From an uncultured Chloroflexia bacterium (GTDB taxonomy: Bacteria > Chloroflexota > Limnocylindria > Limnocylindrales > CSP1-4), in contig CAVQJC010000020.1 in assembly GCA_963712745.1 (NCBI GenBank), forward strand, positions 128,001-192,000: a stretch of DNA of 64,000 nt. The letters are read 5' to 3'. Below are positions 17,629 through 26,910 of this stretch, one piece after another. The translations under genes and the position numbers were made by a program. The stretch's first letter is position 1, and each line of letters opens with the position of its first letter. The notes below the pieces were generated by a model. It was not told where the DNA came from, made no database searches, and saw nothing but the letters and a program-made list of their open reading frames with translations.

Positions 17629-18957
17629 CTACTCCTGGACGACGAGAGCTGTGACCATGCCGAACATGCCGTCGAGGCCCTCGACGTGCGGCAGGATGTG
17701 GCAGTGGAACGCCCATACGCCCACCCGATCGCACTCGACGATGGCGTCGAATTGTTCACCGGGGTTGACGCCAAGGGTGTCGCAGTAGAACGACGCGCTC
17801 TCGAGTTGGGCACCGTCGCGAGCCACCACGTGCTGGCGGAACCCGTGGGTATGCCAGGGATGCATCATCACGCCCTCGTTCTGGTAGCGGATGAGCACGC
17901 GCTCGCCCTTCTTGGCGATGATCGGGATGGTCGCCGGGAAGCCCTTGCCGTTGATGGTGAAGCCGCCCAGTGAGTCGTTGTGGATGAAGATGTACTCCTG
18001 CGTCACCCCGTACTTGGTGGCATAGCTCTCCGCAGGATCGGCCGGATCCACGATGAGCGCACCGAGCAGGCCGCGCCCGACCTGGTCGGTGGCGTTGTGG
18101 TGCGAGTGGTACATGTGCGAGCCGTGGGGGGTGGCCGTGAACTCATACGTGAACGTCTCGCCGGGGATGATCGGCGGCTGCGTCACGAAGGGGATGCCGT
18201 CCATGTGGAAGTCGTCGAACTCGATGCCGTGCATATGCACGCCGGTCGTCTCGTCGAGGTTGTTGGTCACGTTGATGCGGACCTTGTCGCCCTCGGTGAC
18301 CCGCAGCGCCGGACCTGGCCACATCTTGTTGTAGCCCAGTGCCTTGACCGGCTCCTTCATGGCATCGATCTGCCAGTCCATCTGGTCCACGGTCAGGTCG
18401 AAGACCTTCCAGTCGCCGTCGACGGTCGGTGTGAGCGGATGATTGCCGTGCTCGACCAGCGTGAACTCGGGGTCCTGCACGGGCTCACCGAGGTACTCGG
18501 ACATGTTCAGAGGGCCGGCCAGGTTGCCCACGAACCGGCGTACCTTCTCGCGGGCAGCCATGTCGTGTTCGGTCCAGCCCTCAGGCAGGGGCTCGGTGGG
18601 ACCCTGCTCCTCGGTCAGGGGCTCGGTCGTGGCGACGGCCTCTCCGTCCGTCCCTTCCGCGGCCGCAGTCTCAGGCGTGGCGGCCGCCGCCGTCAGGGTG
18701 CGCAGGGGTGCGTAGGACCAGGCGCTTCCGCTCGCCGGAGCGCAGGCCGCGATGAGCCCGGCTGCGGCGGTCCCGCCAGCGACCGCCAATGCGCCACGCA
18801 GGAAACCGCGCCGGCTGGTGGTACCCAGCGCGACCGGCACCATGCGGTCGAGATCTGCCGGCTCCTCCTCACCGGAGACTGATGCGATGGCCTCGTCGAT
18901 CGCATCGTTCCTGGGGTTCGCTCCGTCGGACATGGGGGGTGATGCCTTCGCGTGCAT
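17629..18957 (-). CDS. Two-domain multicopper oxidase (small laccase-like), Tat-exported, probable lipoprotein
   Basis: SRRGFL, IAAC, HMHG, YHSH, HPWHTHG, HCHILPH...GM. Confidence 0.85.
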   Translation of the reverse strand: MHAKASPPMSDGANPRNDAIDEAIASVSGEEEPADLDRMVPVALGTTSRRGFLRGALAVAGGTAAAGLIAACAPASGSAWSYAPLRTLTAAAATPETAAAEGTDGEAVATTEPLTEEQGPTEPLPEGWTEHDMAAREKVRRFVGNLAGPLNMSEYLGEPVQDPEFTLVEHGNHPLTPTVDGDWKVFDLTVDQMDWQIDAMKEPVKALGYNKMWPGPALRVTEGDKVRINVTNNLDETTGVHMHGIEFDDFHMDGIPFVTQPPIIPGETFTYEFTATPHGSHMYHSHHNATDQVGRGLLGALIVDPADPAESYATKYGVTQEYIFIHNDSLGGFTINGKGFPATIPIIAKKGERVLIRYQNEGVMMHPWHTHGFRQHVVARDGAQLESASFYCDTLGVNPGEQFDAIVECDRVGVWAFHCHILPHVEGLDGMFGMVTALVVQE

Positions 18958-19013
18958 GGCGGAAGATTAACCATGTCGCTGCCCGATTTCAGGGCCGTCA
19001 GGACGCCTGACAC

Positions 19014-19027
19014 GGGCCATTGGTCAC
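19014..19027. promoter_or_regulatory. DosR/OsdR-like box between the oxidase and kinase genes
   Basis: GGGCCATTGGTCAC resembles GGG(A/C)C-N4-G(G/T)CCC. Confidence 0.45.
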
Positions 19028-19051
19028 GTCAGGACTGGTAGATTGACCCTG

Positions 19052-20302
19052 ATGGACCGGATCGATACGACCAGCCGCACCGTTGGGCCGCCCACAGATG
19101 CCGAACAGTCCGAAGCGGCCATCCGTGAGGCCGAGGCCTGGGCCGCCGCAGCCCAGGACGCGCGCCGCCGCCTGGAAGCACTGGATGCCGCCACCGTGGC
19201 CATCTCCCAGGAACTTTCGCTCGAGCGCGTGCTGCAGATCATCGTCGACAGCGTGCGGCCGCTCGTCGGCGCGCGCTACGCCGCCCTCGGCATCCCCGAC
19301 GACCAGGGTTCGATGGAGCGATTCATCACCAGCGGCATGAGCGCGCGGCAGCGGTCGGAGGTGGGCGCCCCTCCCCGCGGCCGAGGTCTGCTGGGCGAAT
19401 CGGTGCGCAAGGACGTGAGCGTGCGCATCTCTGACATACCGGCTGACCCCCGCAGCGTCGGCTTCCCCACGGGGCACCCACAGATGACCTCGTTCCTGAG
19501 CGTTCCGGTCAAGGTCGAGGGCCGCGCCATCGGCAACCTCTATCTCACCGACCGGGAGGACGGGCATCCATTCAGCGAGGATGACGAACGGCTGGTGGAA
19601 TCATTCGCCCGCCACGCCGGCCTGGGCATCCACAACGCGCGCATGCACGAGGAACTGCGTCAGCTGGCAGTGCTGCAGGAGCGGGAGCGCATCGCCCAGG
19701 ATCTCCACGATGGGTCCATCCAATCGCTGTATGCGGTCAGTCTGGCCCTCGAGGATACCGAGGAACTGATGGAGGCCGACCCGCAGGCGGCGGTGGAACG
19801 TATCGATCACGCCATCGAATCGATCCACGGCACCATCCAGGAGATCCGCGACTTCATCATGGGGCTCGACCCCGACGCCCGAACGGCCGTGGACCTGCTG
19901 GCCGGACTGACCACGCTGACCGACGAGTTCGAGCGCAGCACGCTCATCGAGGTCGAGTTGGCGAGCGACCCCGAGGTACCGCTCGACCCCGACGAGACCC
20001 TCCAACTCATCCAGCTCACCCGCGAGGCCATGAGCAACGTGGCGCGGCATGCGCAGGCCTCGAAGGTCACCGTCAACGTCGAGGACCGTCGCGAAGTCCT
20101 GAGGCTGTCTATCATCGACGACGGCAGAGGCTTCGACACCAGCGAGGCACAGCGGCCTGGTCATCACGGCCTCACCAACATGCATGCACGCGCTGACTCG
20201 CTCGGCGGGTCGCTCGCGATAACAAGTGGCTACGACGGCACGCAGGTCGTCTTCGAGATGCCGCGGGGAGAGCTCGGCAGAACCAAGGAGTCCAGTCAAT
20301 GA
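19052..20302 (+). CDS. GAF-domain sensor histidine kinase (DosS/DevS-like, HisKA_3)
   Basis: GFPTGHPQMTSFL (heme-His-like), ERERIAQDLHD, EAMSNVARHA, DDGRGF. Confidence 0.9.
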   Translation: MDRIDTTSRTVGPPTDAEQSEAAIREAEAWAAAAQDARRRLEALDAATVAISQELSLERVLQIIVDSVRPLVGARYAALGIPDDQGSMERFITSGMSARQRSEVGAPPRGRGLLGESVRKDVSVRISDIPADPRSVGFPTGHPQMTSFLSVPVKVEGRAIGNLYLTDREDGHPFSEDDERLVESFARHAGLGIHNARMHEELRQLAVLQERERIAQDLHDGSIQSLYAVSLALEDTEELMEADPQAAVERIDHAIESIHGTIQEIRDFIMGLDPDARTAVDLLAGLTTLTDEFERSTLIEVELASDPEVPLDPDETLQLIQLTREAMSNVARHAQASKVTVNVEDRREVLRLSIIDDGRGFDTSEAQRPGHHGLTNMHARADSLGGSLAITSGYDGTQVVFEMPRGELGRTKESSQ

Positions 20303-21018
20303 CAGACCCGGACGAGGCCCAGGGCATCCCCAAGAGCCCGTCCGCGACGGACAAGTCAGCGCCGGCCAAGAAGCTACGTCTGCTCGTGGTCGATGATCAC
20401 GAGGTCGTACGCCAGGGCCTCGCGGCGCTGCTGAATCGCCGCGAGGCGTTCCAGGTGGTGGCCGAGGCCGGCACCGTCGAAGAAGCCCTGAGCGCGGTCG
20501 AGAGATTCGCGCCGGACCTGGTGATCATGGACGTGCGCCTGCCCGACGGCTCCGGCATCGAGGCCTGTCGTGACATCCGCGCCGAGCATCCCGACGTGCG
20601 CGTGGTCATGCTCACCAGCTACCCCGACGAAGAGGCTGTGCTCTCAGCCATCGTGGCGGGCGCGAGCGGCTACCTGCTCAAGCAGGTCCGGGCTCGCGAT
20701 CTCGTCAACGCCCTCGAAGCCGTGGGGCGTGGCGAATCGCTGCTCGACCCAGCGGTGACCGAGAAGGTCCTCGAGCGCGTCCGCCGCATCGCCACCAGCG
20801 CCTACACCGACGAGTTCGCACAGCTCACCGCCCAGGAGCAGAAGATCCTGCTGCTGGTGGCTGAGGGCAAGACCAACAAGGAGATCGCGGCGGAGGTCTA
20901 CCTTTCGGACAAGACCGTCAAGAACTACGTCTCCTCGATCCTCTCGAAGCTGAACCTGCAGCGCCGAGCCCAGGCCGCGGCGTACGTGGCCAAGCACAAG
21001 CCAGGCTCGAGTTTCTGA
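20299..21018 (+). CDS. NarL/DosR-type response regulator
   Basis: VDDHEVVR, DVRLPDGSG, GKTNKEIA...KTVKNYVSSILSKL. Confidence 0.93.
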   Translation: MTDPDEAQGIPKSPSATDKSAPAKKLRLLVVDDHEVVRQGLAALLNRREAFQVVAEAGTVEEALSAVERFAPDLVIMDVRLPDGSGIEACRDIRAEHPDVRVVMLTSYPDEEAVLSAIVAGASGYLLKQVRARDLVNALEAVGRGESLLDPAVTEKVLERVRRIATSAYTDEFAQLTAQEQKILLLVAEGKTNKEIAAEVYLSDKTVKNYVSSILSKLNLQRRAQAAAYVAKHKPGSSF

Positions 21019-21039
21019 CGCTGAGTTCGGGCTACGGCC

Positions 21040-21077
21040 GCCAGGGCGTCAGTCGGCGGCCAGGGCGTCAGTCGGCG
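21040..21077. repeat. 19-bp tandem duplication covering the Rrf2 stop codon
   Basis: GCCAGGGCGTCAGTCGGCG x2. Confidence 0.8.
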
Positions 21078-21520
21078 CCGTCCTGCCTGGGCCCGTCGGT
21101 GGGTGGCGGCGCGGAGCCAGACACGACCGCGGCCACCGACACATCGTCGAGTCGCGCCAGGATGGCTTCCTGCGCTTCGTAGAACATGTCGTGCACATCG
21201 CATGGCTCGCCGATGCCGCAGGGCTGCCCGCTGAGGACGCACTTCTGGCGGCGGGCGTCTCCCTCTGCCGCCTCGATGATGTCAAGGAGGCTGATATCCG
21301 AGGCCGGCCGCGACAGACGATAACCGCCGGCTCGGCCCAGGCGTGCCTCCACGATGCCGGCACGGCTGAGGTCGCCGAGCACCTGGGGCAGGAAGCGCAC
21401 CGGGATATCCATGTCCTTGGCGATGCGTCGGGCGGGCACGACCTCGTCGCCCTCCGCCCGAGCCAGAGTCAGCACCGCTCGAATGGCGTACGAACCTCGG
21501 TGCGTCAATTCCAACCTCAC
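21068..21520 (-). CDS. Rrf2 family transcriptional regulator, IscR-like ligand set
   Basis: YAIRA, GRAGGYRL, C-x6-C-x5-C-x2-H. Confidence 0.9.
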   Translation of the reverse strand: MRLELTHRGSYAIRAVLTLARAEGDEVVPARRIAKDMDIPVRFLPQVLGDLSRAGIVEARLGRAGGYRLSRPASDISLLDIIEAAEGDARRQKCVLSGQPCGIGEPCDVHDMFYEAQEAILARLDDVSVAAVVSGSAPPPTDGPRQDGAD

Positions 21521-21625
21521 GACTCCTAGTTTCGCACGTCCGGGCATATCCTTGCCGGTCCGAACGGCCCAGTCATCGGGGGCCCGATGCACCTAAGACG
21601 CAGCAGCCTGGTATGAGATCCGCGT

Positions 21626-21641
21626 GGGGCCGATCGGCCCC
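21626..21641. promoter_or_regulatory. DosR/OsdR-like palindrome
   Basis: Perfect palindrome GGGGCCGATCGGCCCC; related sites at 21557-21570, 21685-21698 and 21865-21878. Confidence 0.65.
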
Positions 21642-21813
21642 CGGATGTGTGCCATCCGGCCATCGTCAGGCTTGGCGGTGAATTGGGACGATCGTCATGT
21701 TCGCTCACGGATGGCTCCTTGACCGGCCGTCCGCGATCGGAAGGTGCTCGCCCGCGATGGGGCAACCCATCGGGGGGAGCGGGCGAGCGCCGCCTCTCTT
21801 CGCTGCTCAACGC

Positions 21814-21852
21814 GGCGTCTCGGCCGGGCCGGGACGCCGTGATCTTCTTCTC
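21814..21852 (+). terminator. Terminator-like hairpin in the Rrf2-USP spacer
   Basis: GGCGTCTCGGC/GCCGGGACGCC stem followed by a pyrimidine run. Confidence 0.45.
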
Positions 21853-21992
21853 TGGTCCGCTTTGAGGACATTCGGCCCGAGCCACGTGACGGTTCGGACT
21901 GGGCGCGCCATCCACACGGCAGCACCATGACGGACAGGACGCGGGTGCCTCCGAACCAGCAGGGGCCCATGTGCGCCCGGAGGGACGGCCGG

Positions 21993-22427
21993 ATGAAGAA
22001 GATCCTCGTGGCCTATGACGGACAAGAAGCCGGACAGCGCGCGCTGGAGATGGCCGCTCGCCTGGCCCTCGCCTTCGACGGGCGTGTCGATGTCGTGAGT
22101 GTCGTACCCGAGGGCTTCGGCCATGTCGAAGGCCAGTCGCCGGAACCTGCCGTCGAGCACGCTCGCGAACTGGTGGAGGCGCGCGGCGTCCTTCGTCGGC
22201 ATGGTATCGAGGCCGGGCTCATCGAACCGGCCGGCGACCCCGCGGAGACGATCGAGCGCCTGGCCAGCGAACGCGGGTACGACACCATCGTGGTGGGCGG
22301 CAATCGCGCAGGCCGCAGTAGCCACCCCTGGATGGAGACCGTGACCGCCCACGTGGCCGCCAATGCCAAGGCCGACGTGGTGGTGGCCCGGCGAGCTCTC
22401 GCGCCTCCGCCGCGCGCCAACGACTAG
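21993..22427 (+). CDS. Universal stress protein
   Basis: KKILVAYDG, GDPAETI, DTIVVG. Confidence 0.85.
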   Translation: MKKILVAYDGQEAGQRALEMAARLALAFDGRVDVVSVVPEGFGHVEGQSPEPAVEHARELVEARGVLRRHGIEAGLIEPAGDPAETIERLASERGYDTIVVGGNRAGRSSHPWMETVTAHVAANAKADVVVARRALAPPPRAND

Positions 22428-22509
22428 GCTCGGCCTCGACGCCTGCGCTATCTGCGGCTCGGCCGTATCCTGTCCCGGCCAAGGCATTCCCACGTACGGT
22501 GATCCCCTG

Positions 22510-23328
22510 ATGAGTTCGAACGACCCCAAGCCCTCCTCGAGCGGCAGCATGAGCCGCAAGGAACGGCGCGCCGCTGCACGCGCTGCACGCAAGAGCGGTG
22601 ACGGCAAGCCTGCCGCTAGCAGCGGATCGAGCGGCGGATCGGGACCGTCGATGCTGGTCATCAGCATCGCCGCGGTGGCCATCGGCCTGGTGGCCGTGGT
22701 GGCCCTCGTCCTCGTCAGCGGTGGCCTCGGCAGCGACGAGGCCACCGATACCGTCAGCCAGCCCGAGGCAAAGGGCCCGGCCCAGGAGCTGCGGCAGGGT
22801 CGCACGCTGGTCCAGCCGGACACCATACCGCCGGTGGTGGTCGAGGCCTATGAGGACCCGCAGTGCGGGCACTGCGGCACGTTCACCGAGCGCATCGAGC
22901 CCCTGCTCATCGCCGAGCACGTGACCGACGGGACGGCCAGCTTCACCTACAAGGACTTCATCATCTTCAGCGAGGAGTCGCTCGACGCCGCCATCGCCAT
23001 GCGCGTGGCCGAGGACATGGACGGCAAGTTCTGGGACCTTCACCAGATCATCTTCCACAACCAGCAGGGCGTGGAGGACGGCTCCTTCTCGCGATCCCGA
23101 CTCGCGGATATGGCCGAGCTCGTCGGACTCGACCGCGACGAGTTCCTCAGCCGCATGGACGAGTCGGAGTTCCGTGAGGCGGTCCTGGCTGAGCGAGCCG
23201 AGGGCGAGGCCCTCGGCATCGCCAGCACTCCCACCGTCATCGTGAACGGTGAGCTACTGGTGGGTGTGCCGACCTGGGAGGATCTCGACGCGGCCATCAC
23301 CGAAGCCGCGCAGGCGGCACAAGCCTGA
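22510..23328 (+). CDS. Membrane-anchored DsbA/thioredoxin-like protein
   Basis: TM helix, EDPQCGHC, GIASTPT. Confidence 0.88.
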   Translation: MSSNDPKPSSSGSMSRKERRAAARAARKSGDGKPAASSGSSGGSGPSMLVISIAAVAIGLVAVVALVLVSGGLGSDEATDTVSQPEAKGPAQELRQGRTLVQPDTIPPVVVEAYEDPQCGHCGTFTERIEPLLIAEHVTDGTASFTYKDFIIFSEESLDAAIAMRVAEDMDGKFWDLHQIIFHNQQGVEDGSFSRSRLADMAELVGLDRDEFLSRMDESEFREAVLAERAEGEALGIASTPTVIVNGELLVGVPTWEDLDAAITEAAQAAQA

Positions 23329-23348
23329 CCCCACGCGCATCGGCGCCG

Positions 23349-23795
23349 GTGGTGGCGGTCGGGGGGCGCCGCGGCAGCCTCGGCTGGCTGCTGGCACTGC
23401 TCGCGCTGGGCGCGCTCGGGGTGGCCCTCTATCTGGGGCTCACCAAGCTCTCGGGAGGGAGCCCGGCCTGTGGCGTGCTCCACGGCTGCGACACCGTCAA
23501 CGAGAGTGAGTACGCGGCGGTCTTCGGCCTCCCCACCGGCCTCCTCGGGGCCGCCGCCTCAGCGGCGACGCTCATCGGCGCCCTCGTGTGGTGGCTTCTC
23601 GCCGACCGCCGGGCAGTACTGGTCTCGTACGTGGTGGGCCTGCTCAGCCTGCCCTTCCTGGCCTGGCTCACCTACCTTGAGATCTTCGTCATCGAAGCCA
23701 TCTGCATCTGGTGCGTCTCGTACGCGCTGCTGGTCATCGCCGGCTGGGCCGTGGCGACCCGGGTGCTGTGGCGCAGTAGAGGAGAGTCCGCGTGA
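23349..23795 (+). CDS. Vitamin K epoxide reductase (VKOR) family protein
   Basis: C-x5-C..V..S.Y, four TM segments, CIWC. Confidence 0.88.
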   Translation: MVAVGGRRGSLGWLLALLALGALGVALYLGLTKLSGGSPACGVLHGCDTVNESEYAAVFGLPTGLLGAAASAATLIGALVWWLLADRRAVLVSYVVGLLSLPFLAWLTYLEIFVIEAICIWCVSYALLVIAGWAVATRVLWRSRGESA

Positions 23796-24548
23796 AGAGA
23801 CTTTGGCTCCTGGCCACGATCGCGGCCACCATGCTCGCCCTGCCGGCCGGTGTCGCGGCGCAGGAGGCGTCGAGCGACCCCCTGCCCGAACAAGGCACGC
23901 CCCTCGACGCCGGACGCTACTCGAGCGCACTCGTGGGTCCGACCATCGACTTCCGTGTCGAGGAAGGTTGGATCGTGGGCCCCTCCGGCGGCGGGCCGAT
24001 CTTCACGCTCGAGCACACCAGCGCGCCGGGCACCGTGCTCAGTGTCACCCGCTTCGACGGCGAGGCGTACCTCGACTCCTGTGACCCCACCTCCATGACC
24101 ATCGTCGAGCCCGGCGTCCAACGGCTGGCCGAGATCGATCGCCGGGAATCCCTACCTCAACCCTGGGCCACCCGAGTTCATCGAGGTCGACGGTCATGCC
24201 GGGCTTCGGCTGGATGTGGGCGTACCGACCTACAACGAGTGCGCACTGCTCGAACTGCTCATCTGGGCACTGCCCATCGGTGAAGGCGGCGTCCCTTTCG
24301 TGCAGTATGCCAACCAGCAGTCGCGCTTCGTCATCCTCGACGTCGAAGGGGACGTCATCGTGGTCGCCATCGAATCGCTCCCGGGCGTGCCCTTCGGAGG
24401 CCTCCTGGAGACCTCGATGGAGATCCTCGAGACGATGCGCATCGAGCCGGGCGAGTACGTCCCGCCCGAACCGACTCCCGCGCCGCCTCCGGCAGCGACC
24501 GCGGACCCCTCCCCCAGTCCTGGCACGGCGGAGAGCACCTCGGCCTAA
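23792..24548 (+). CDS. Secreted hypothetical protein; apparent frameshift near 24137
   Basis: Signal peptide; removing G24137 joins ORF 23792 to ORF 24216-24548. Confidence 0.55.
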
Positions 24549-24558
24549 CGGCCCGGAC

Positions 24559-24818
24559 CTAGGCCGAAGCTCCGCCCCTGGTGCCCGTGGCCGCTTCGAT
24601 GAGACCGACCGCGTCGGCCAACAGGAACACCGGGATGCCGCGAGCCTCGGCGATGTGAGGACCGACCAGCGTCTTGGGCTGACACACGACGGCGACGGCG
24701 CCACTGGCTGCGGAGCGGCGAGACGCACGGCGTGAACCGCGCTCGTCAGCCCCTTGGCCAGGGCCAGGAACGGAACGACATCGCCGTGAGAGCCCACGGT
24801 GATCAAGGCGACGTCCAT
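24559..24818 (-). pseudogene. Internally deleted glycosyltransferase (GT1/GT28-like) relic
   Basis: GSHGDVVPFLALAKGL, then in another frame PKTLVGPHIAEARGIP and AVGLIE. Confidence 0.6.
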
Positions 24819-24910
24819 GCTGCTGAGCACAGGCACCGCCGCGTCGCGTCATCAGCTCGGCCTGACCGCGACGGGCCGATGGCCCTATGCCGATGTGACG
24901 TTTAGCACTC

Positions 24911-24926
24911 ATGCGCACGTGGGCAT
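24911..24926. promoter_or_regulatory. Putative ArsR operator
   Basis: ATGCGCAC/GTGGGCAT palindrome with one mismatch just upstream of the ArsR start. Confidence 0.45.
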
Positions 24927-24937
24927 ATGGGGATGAT

Positions 24938-25291
24938 ATGCGCATGGACCCGATCCACGAGCTCCAGGCGGAGATCTGCCGAACCCTCTCGCATCCTGCG
25001 CGCATCGCTATCCTGCATCTGCTTGCGGAAGAGCCGCGGGAGGTGGGACGGCTGGCCAGCGCGCTCGATATCACCCAGCCGAATGTCTCCAAGCACCTCG
25101 CGGTCATGCGCCAGGCCGGTCTCGTCGAGGCCGCGCGTGACGGCCGTGGTGCGGTCTACCGGCTGACCGACCAGAGCGTCATCGGCGCCTGCGACCTCAT
25201 GGCCCAGGTGATGCGCCGCCGGCTCGCCCGCATGGCCGAGCTCTCCGCAGCCATCGAATCGACCGACAACGGCTCGGTCTCCAGCAAGTAA
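24938..25291 (+). CDS. ArsR/SmtB family regulator with two cysteines
   Basis: LSHPARIAIL, QPNVSKHLAVMRQAGLV; Cys in EICR and GACD. Confidence 0.9.
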   Translation: MRMDPIHELQAEICRTLSHPARIAILHLLAEEPREVGRLASALDITQPNVSKHLAVMRQAGLVEAARDGRGAVYRLTDQSVIGACDLMAQVMRRRLARMAELSAAIESTDNGSVSSK

Positions 25292-25302
25292 GGAAGACGA
25301 CT

Positions 25303-25719
25303 ATGGATGACAAGCCCCTGGCCATCGTGCTCTTCAGCGGCACCGACGACAAGCTCAACGCCGCGGCCGTGATGGCCTCCGGCGCGGCCGCGCTGGGCCG
25401 GAACGTGCACATCTTCCTACAGTACTGGGGTCTGGACGCCTTCCGCGCCGATCGCATCAAGAACGACCATGGCCTCGCCGCTGAAGCCGGCGCTGAGGGG
25501 AAGGCCGCGGTCGATGCCTTGCGCGCGGAGGGCCAGGCCCCCTGGTACGAGACGCTGGCCATGGCCAAGGAGCTCGGCGGAGTCGAGATCCAGGCCTGCT
25601 CGCTGTCGATGGACCTGCTCAAGATCACTGAGGACGACCTCGACCCGCTCGTCGACGGCACCGAAGGCGTGACCGCCTTCTACATCGCGGCCGGCGACGC
25701 CCAGCTGCTCTTCATCTAG
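25303..25719 (+). CDS. DsrE/DsrF-like sulfur carrier
   Basis: LFSGTDDK, IFLQYWGL, IQACSLSMD. Confidence 0.85.
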   Translation: MDDKPLAIVLFSGTDDKLNAAAVMASGAAALGRNVHIFLQYWGLDAFRADRIKNDHGLAAEAGAEGKAAVDALRAEGQAPWYETLAMAKELGGVEIQACSLSMDLLKITEDDLDPLVDGTEGVTAFYIAAGDAQLLFI

Positions 25720-25750
25720 CCAACCCGTACAAGCTCGGAAGGAGTCCTCC

Positions 25751-25984
25751 ATGAGCGATGCCATCCACACCACAGTCGACGCCAAGGGCCTGTCCTGCCC
25801 GATGCCCATCGTCAAGACCGCCCAGGCCGCGAAGGCCGTGCCGGCCGGAGAGCTCATCGAGGTCCTGGCCACCGATCCCGGTTCGGTCAAGGACTTCGCC
25901 GCCTGGACCCGCTCCACCGGCAACGCCATCGTCGAGCAGACCGAAGACGGCGGCGTCTACCGCTTCGTCATCAAGCGCGCCTAG
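25751..25984 (+). CDS. TusA family sulfur carrier
   Basis: DAKGLSCPMP ... ATDPGS..D. Confidence 0.92.
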   Translation: MSDAIHTTVDAKGLSCPMPIVKTAQAAKAVPAGELIEVLATDPGSVKDFAAWTRSTGNAIVEQTEDGGVYRFVIKRA

Positions 25985-26014
25985 TCCGGCGCACGAGCAC
26001 AGAAAGGGAGGCTC

Positions 26015-26596
26015 ATGGCTACCGAGACCGCGGCTCCTGAGGCCGCCACCGACCAGGCCGCCGAGGCCAAGCTGACCGAGGCCATCGCGGCCGCGGCCGG
26101 AGACGCTGAAGCACCCGCCCAGCGCCAGCTGGTGATCATCAACTGGAGCGGCGAGTACGACAAGGTCATGCCCACGCTCATCCTGGCCAGTGTCGCCGCC
26201 GCCAGCGGCTACAAGACGTCGATCTTCATGACCTTCTGGGGCCTGCTGCCCTTCGTCAAGGACGAGAAGCGCATCACCGGCGAGAACACCATGCAGAAGA
26301 TGCTCTCGTTCATGCAGCGCCCCGGCATCAGCCACATGAAGATGTCGAAGATGAACTTCATGGGCATGGGCCCGTGGATGATCGGCAAGCTCAGCAAGCA
26401 GTACAACGTGGCCTCGCCCAAGGAGCTGCTCGAAGCCTGCCAGCTGATGGGTGTGGAGCTGCTGCCCTGCCAGATGACCATGGACATGTACGGCCTCAAG
26501 CGCGAGGACATGATCGACGGCCTGGGCGACCCCGTCGGCGCCGCCACCGTCCTCGAGATGATGACCGAGGAGCACACCGGCTCCCTCTTCATCTAG
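26015..26596 (+). CDS. DsrE2-type sulfur carrier
   Basis: FMTFWGL, SKMNFMGMG, LPCQMTMD. Confidence 0.88.
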   Translation: MATETAAPEAATDQAAEAKLTEAIAAAAGDAEAPAQRQLVIINWSGEYDKVMPTLILASVAAASGYKTSIFMTFWGLLPFVKDEKRITGENTMQKMLSFMQRPGISHMKMSKMNFMGMGPWMIGKLSKQYNVASPKELLEACQLMGVELLPCQMTMDMYGLKREDMIDGLGDPVGAATVLEMMTEEHTGSLFI

Positions 26597-26629
26597 ATCC
26601 TCCCCACTACCGCCCCCGAAAGGAGAACC

Positions 26630-26881
26630 ATGACCACGCTCGAGCTCGAGAGCACCCCCACCACCACCATCGACGCCCGCGGCAGCTTCTGCCCCGGTCC
26701 GCTGATGGAGCTCATCCGGGCCATCCGGGAGGGCAATGTCGGGGACGTCCTGGCTGTCATCTCCAGCGACAACGGCTCCAAGACCGATATCCCGGCCTGG
26801 GTCGACAAGGCCGGCCACAAGCTGATCGGCGTCTTCCCGCACGAGGGCTACGACGAGATCGTCATCGAGAAGCTCAAGTAG
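26630..26881 (+). CDS. TusA family sulfur carrier
   Basis: DARGSFCPGPLMEL. Confidence 0.92.
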   Translation: MTTLELESTPTTTIDARGSFCPGPLMELIRAIREGNVGDVLAVISSDNGSKTDIPAWVDKAGHKLIGVFPHEGYDEIVIEKLK

Positions 26882-26910
26882 CTGTTCGAGAAACACCAGG
26901 AGTCCCACTC

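Noticed and set aside
24902-24910. CIRCE element (TTAGCACTC)
   Set aside because: The second half-site GAGTGCTAA is absent 9 nt downstream.
26374-26910. N-terminal extension of SQR in the ORF track
   Set aside because: Overlaps DsrE2 and TusA in other frames; the real start is ATG 26911 after an AGGAG RBS.
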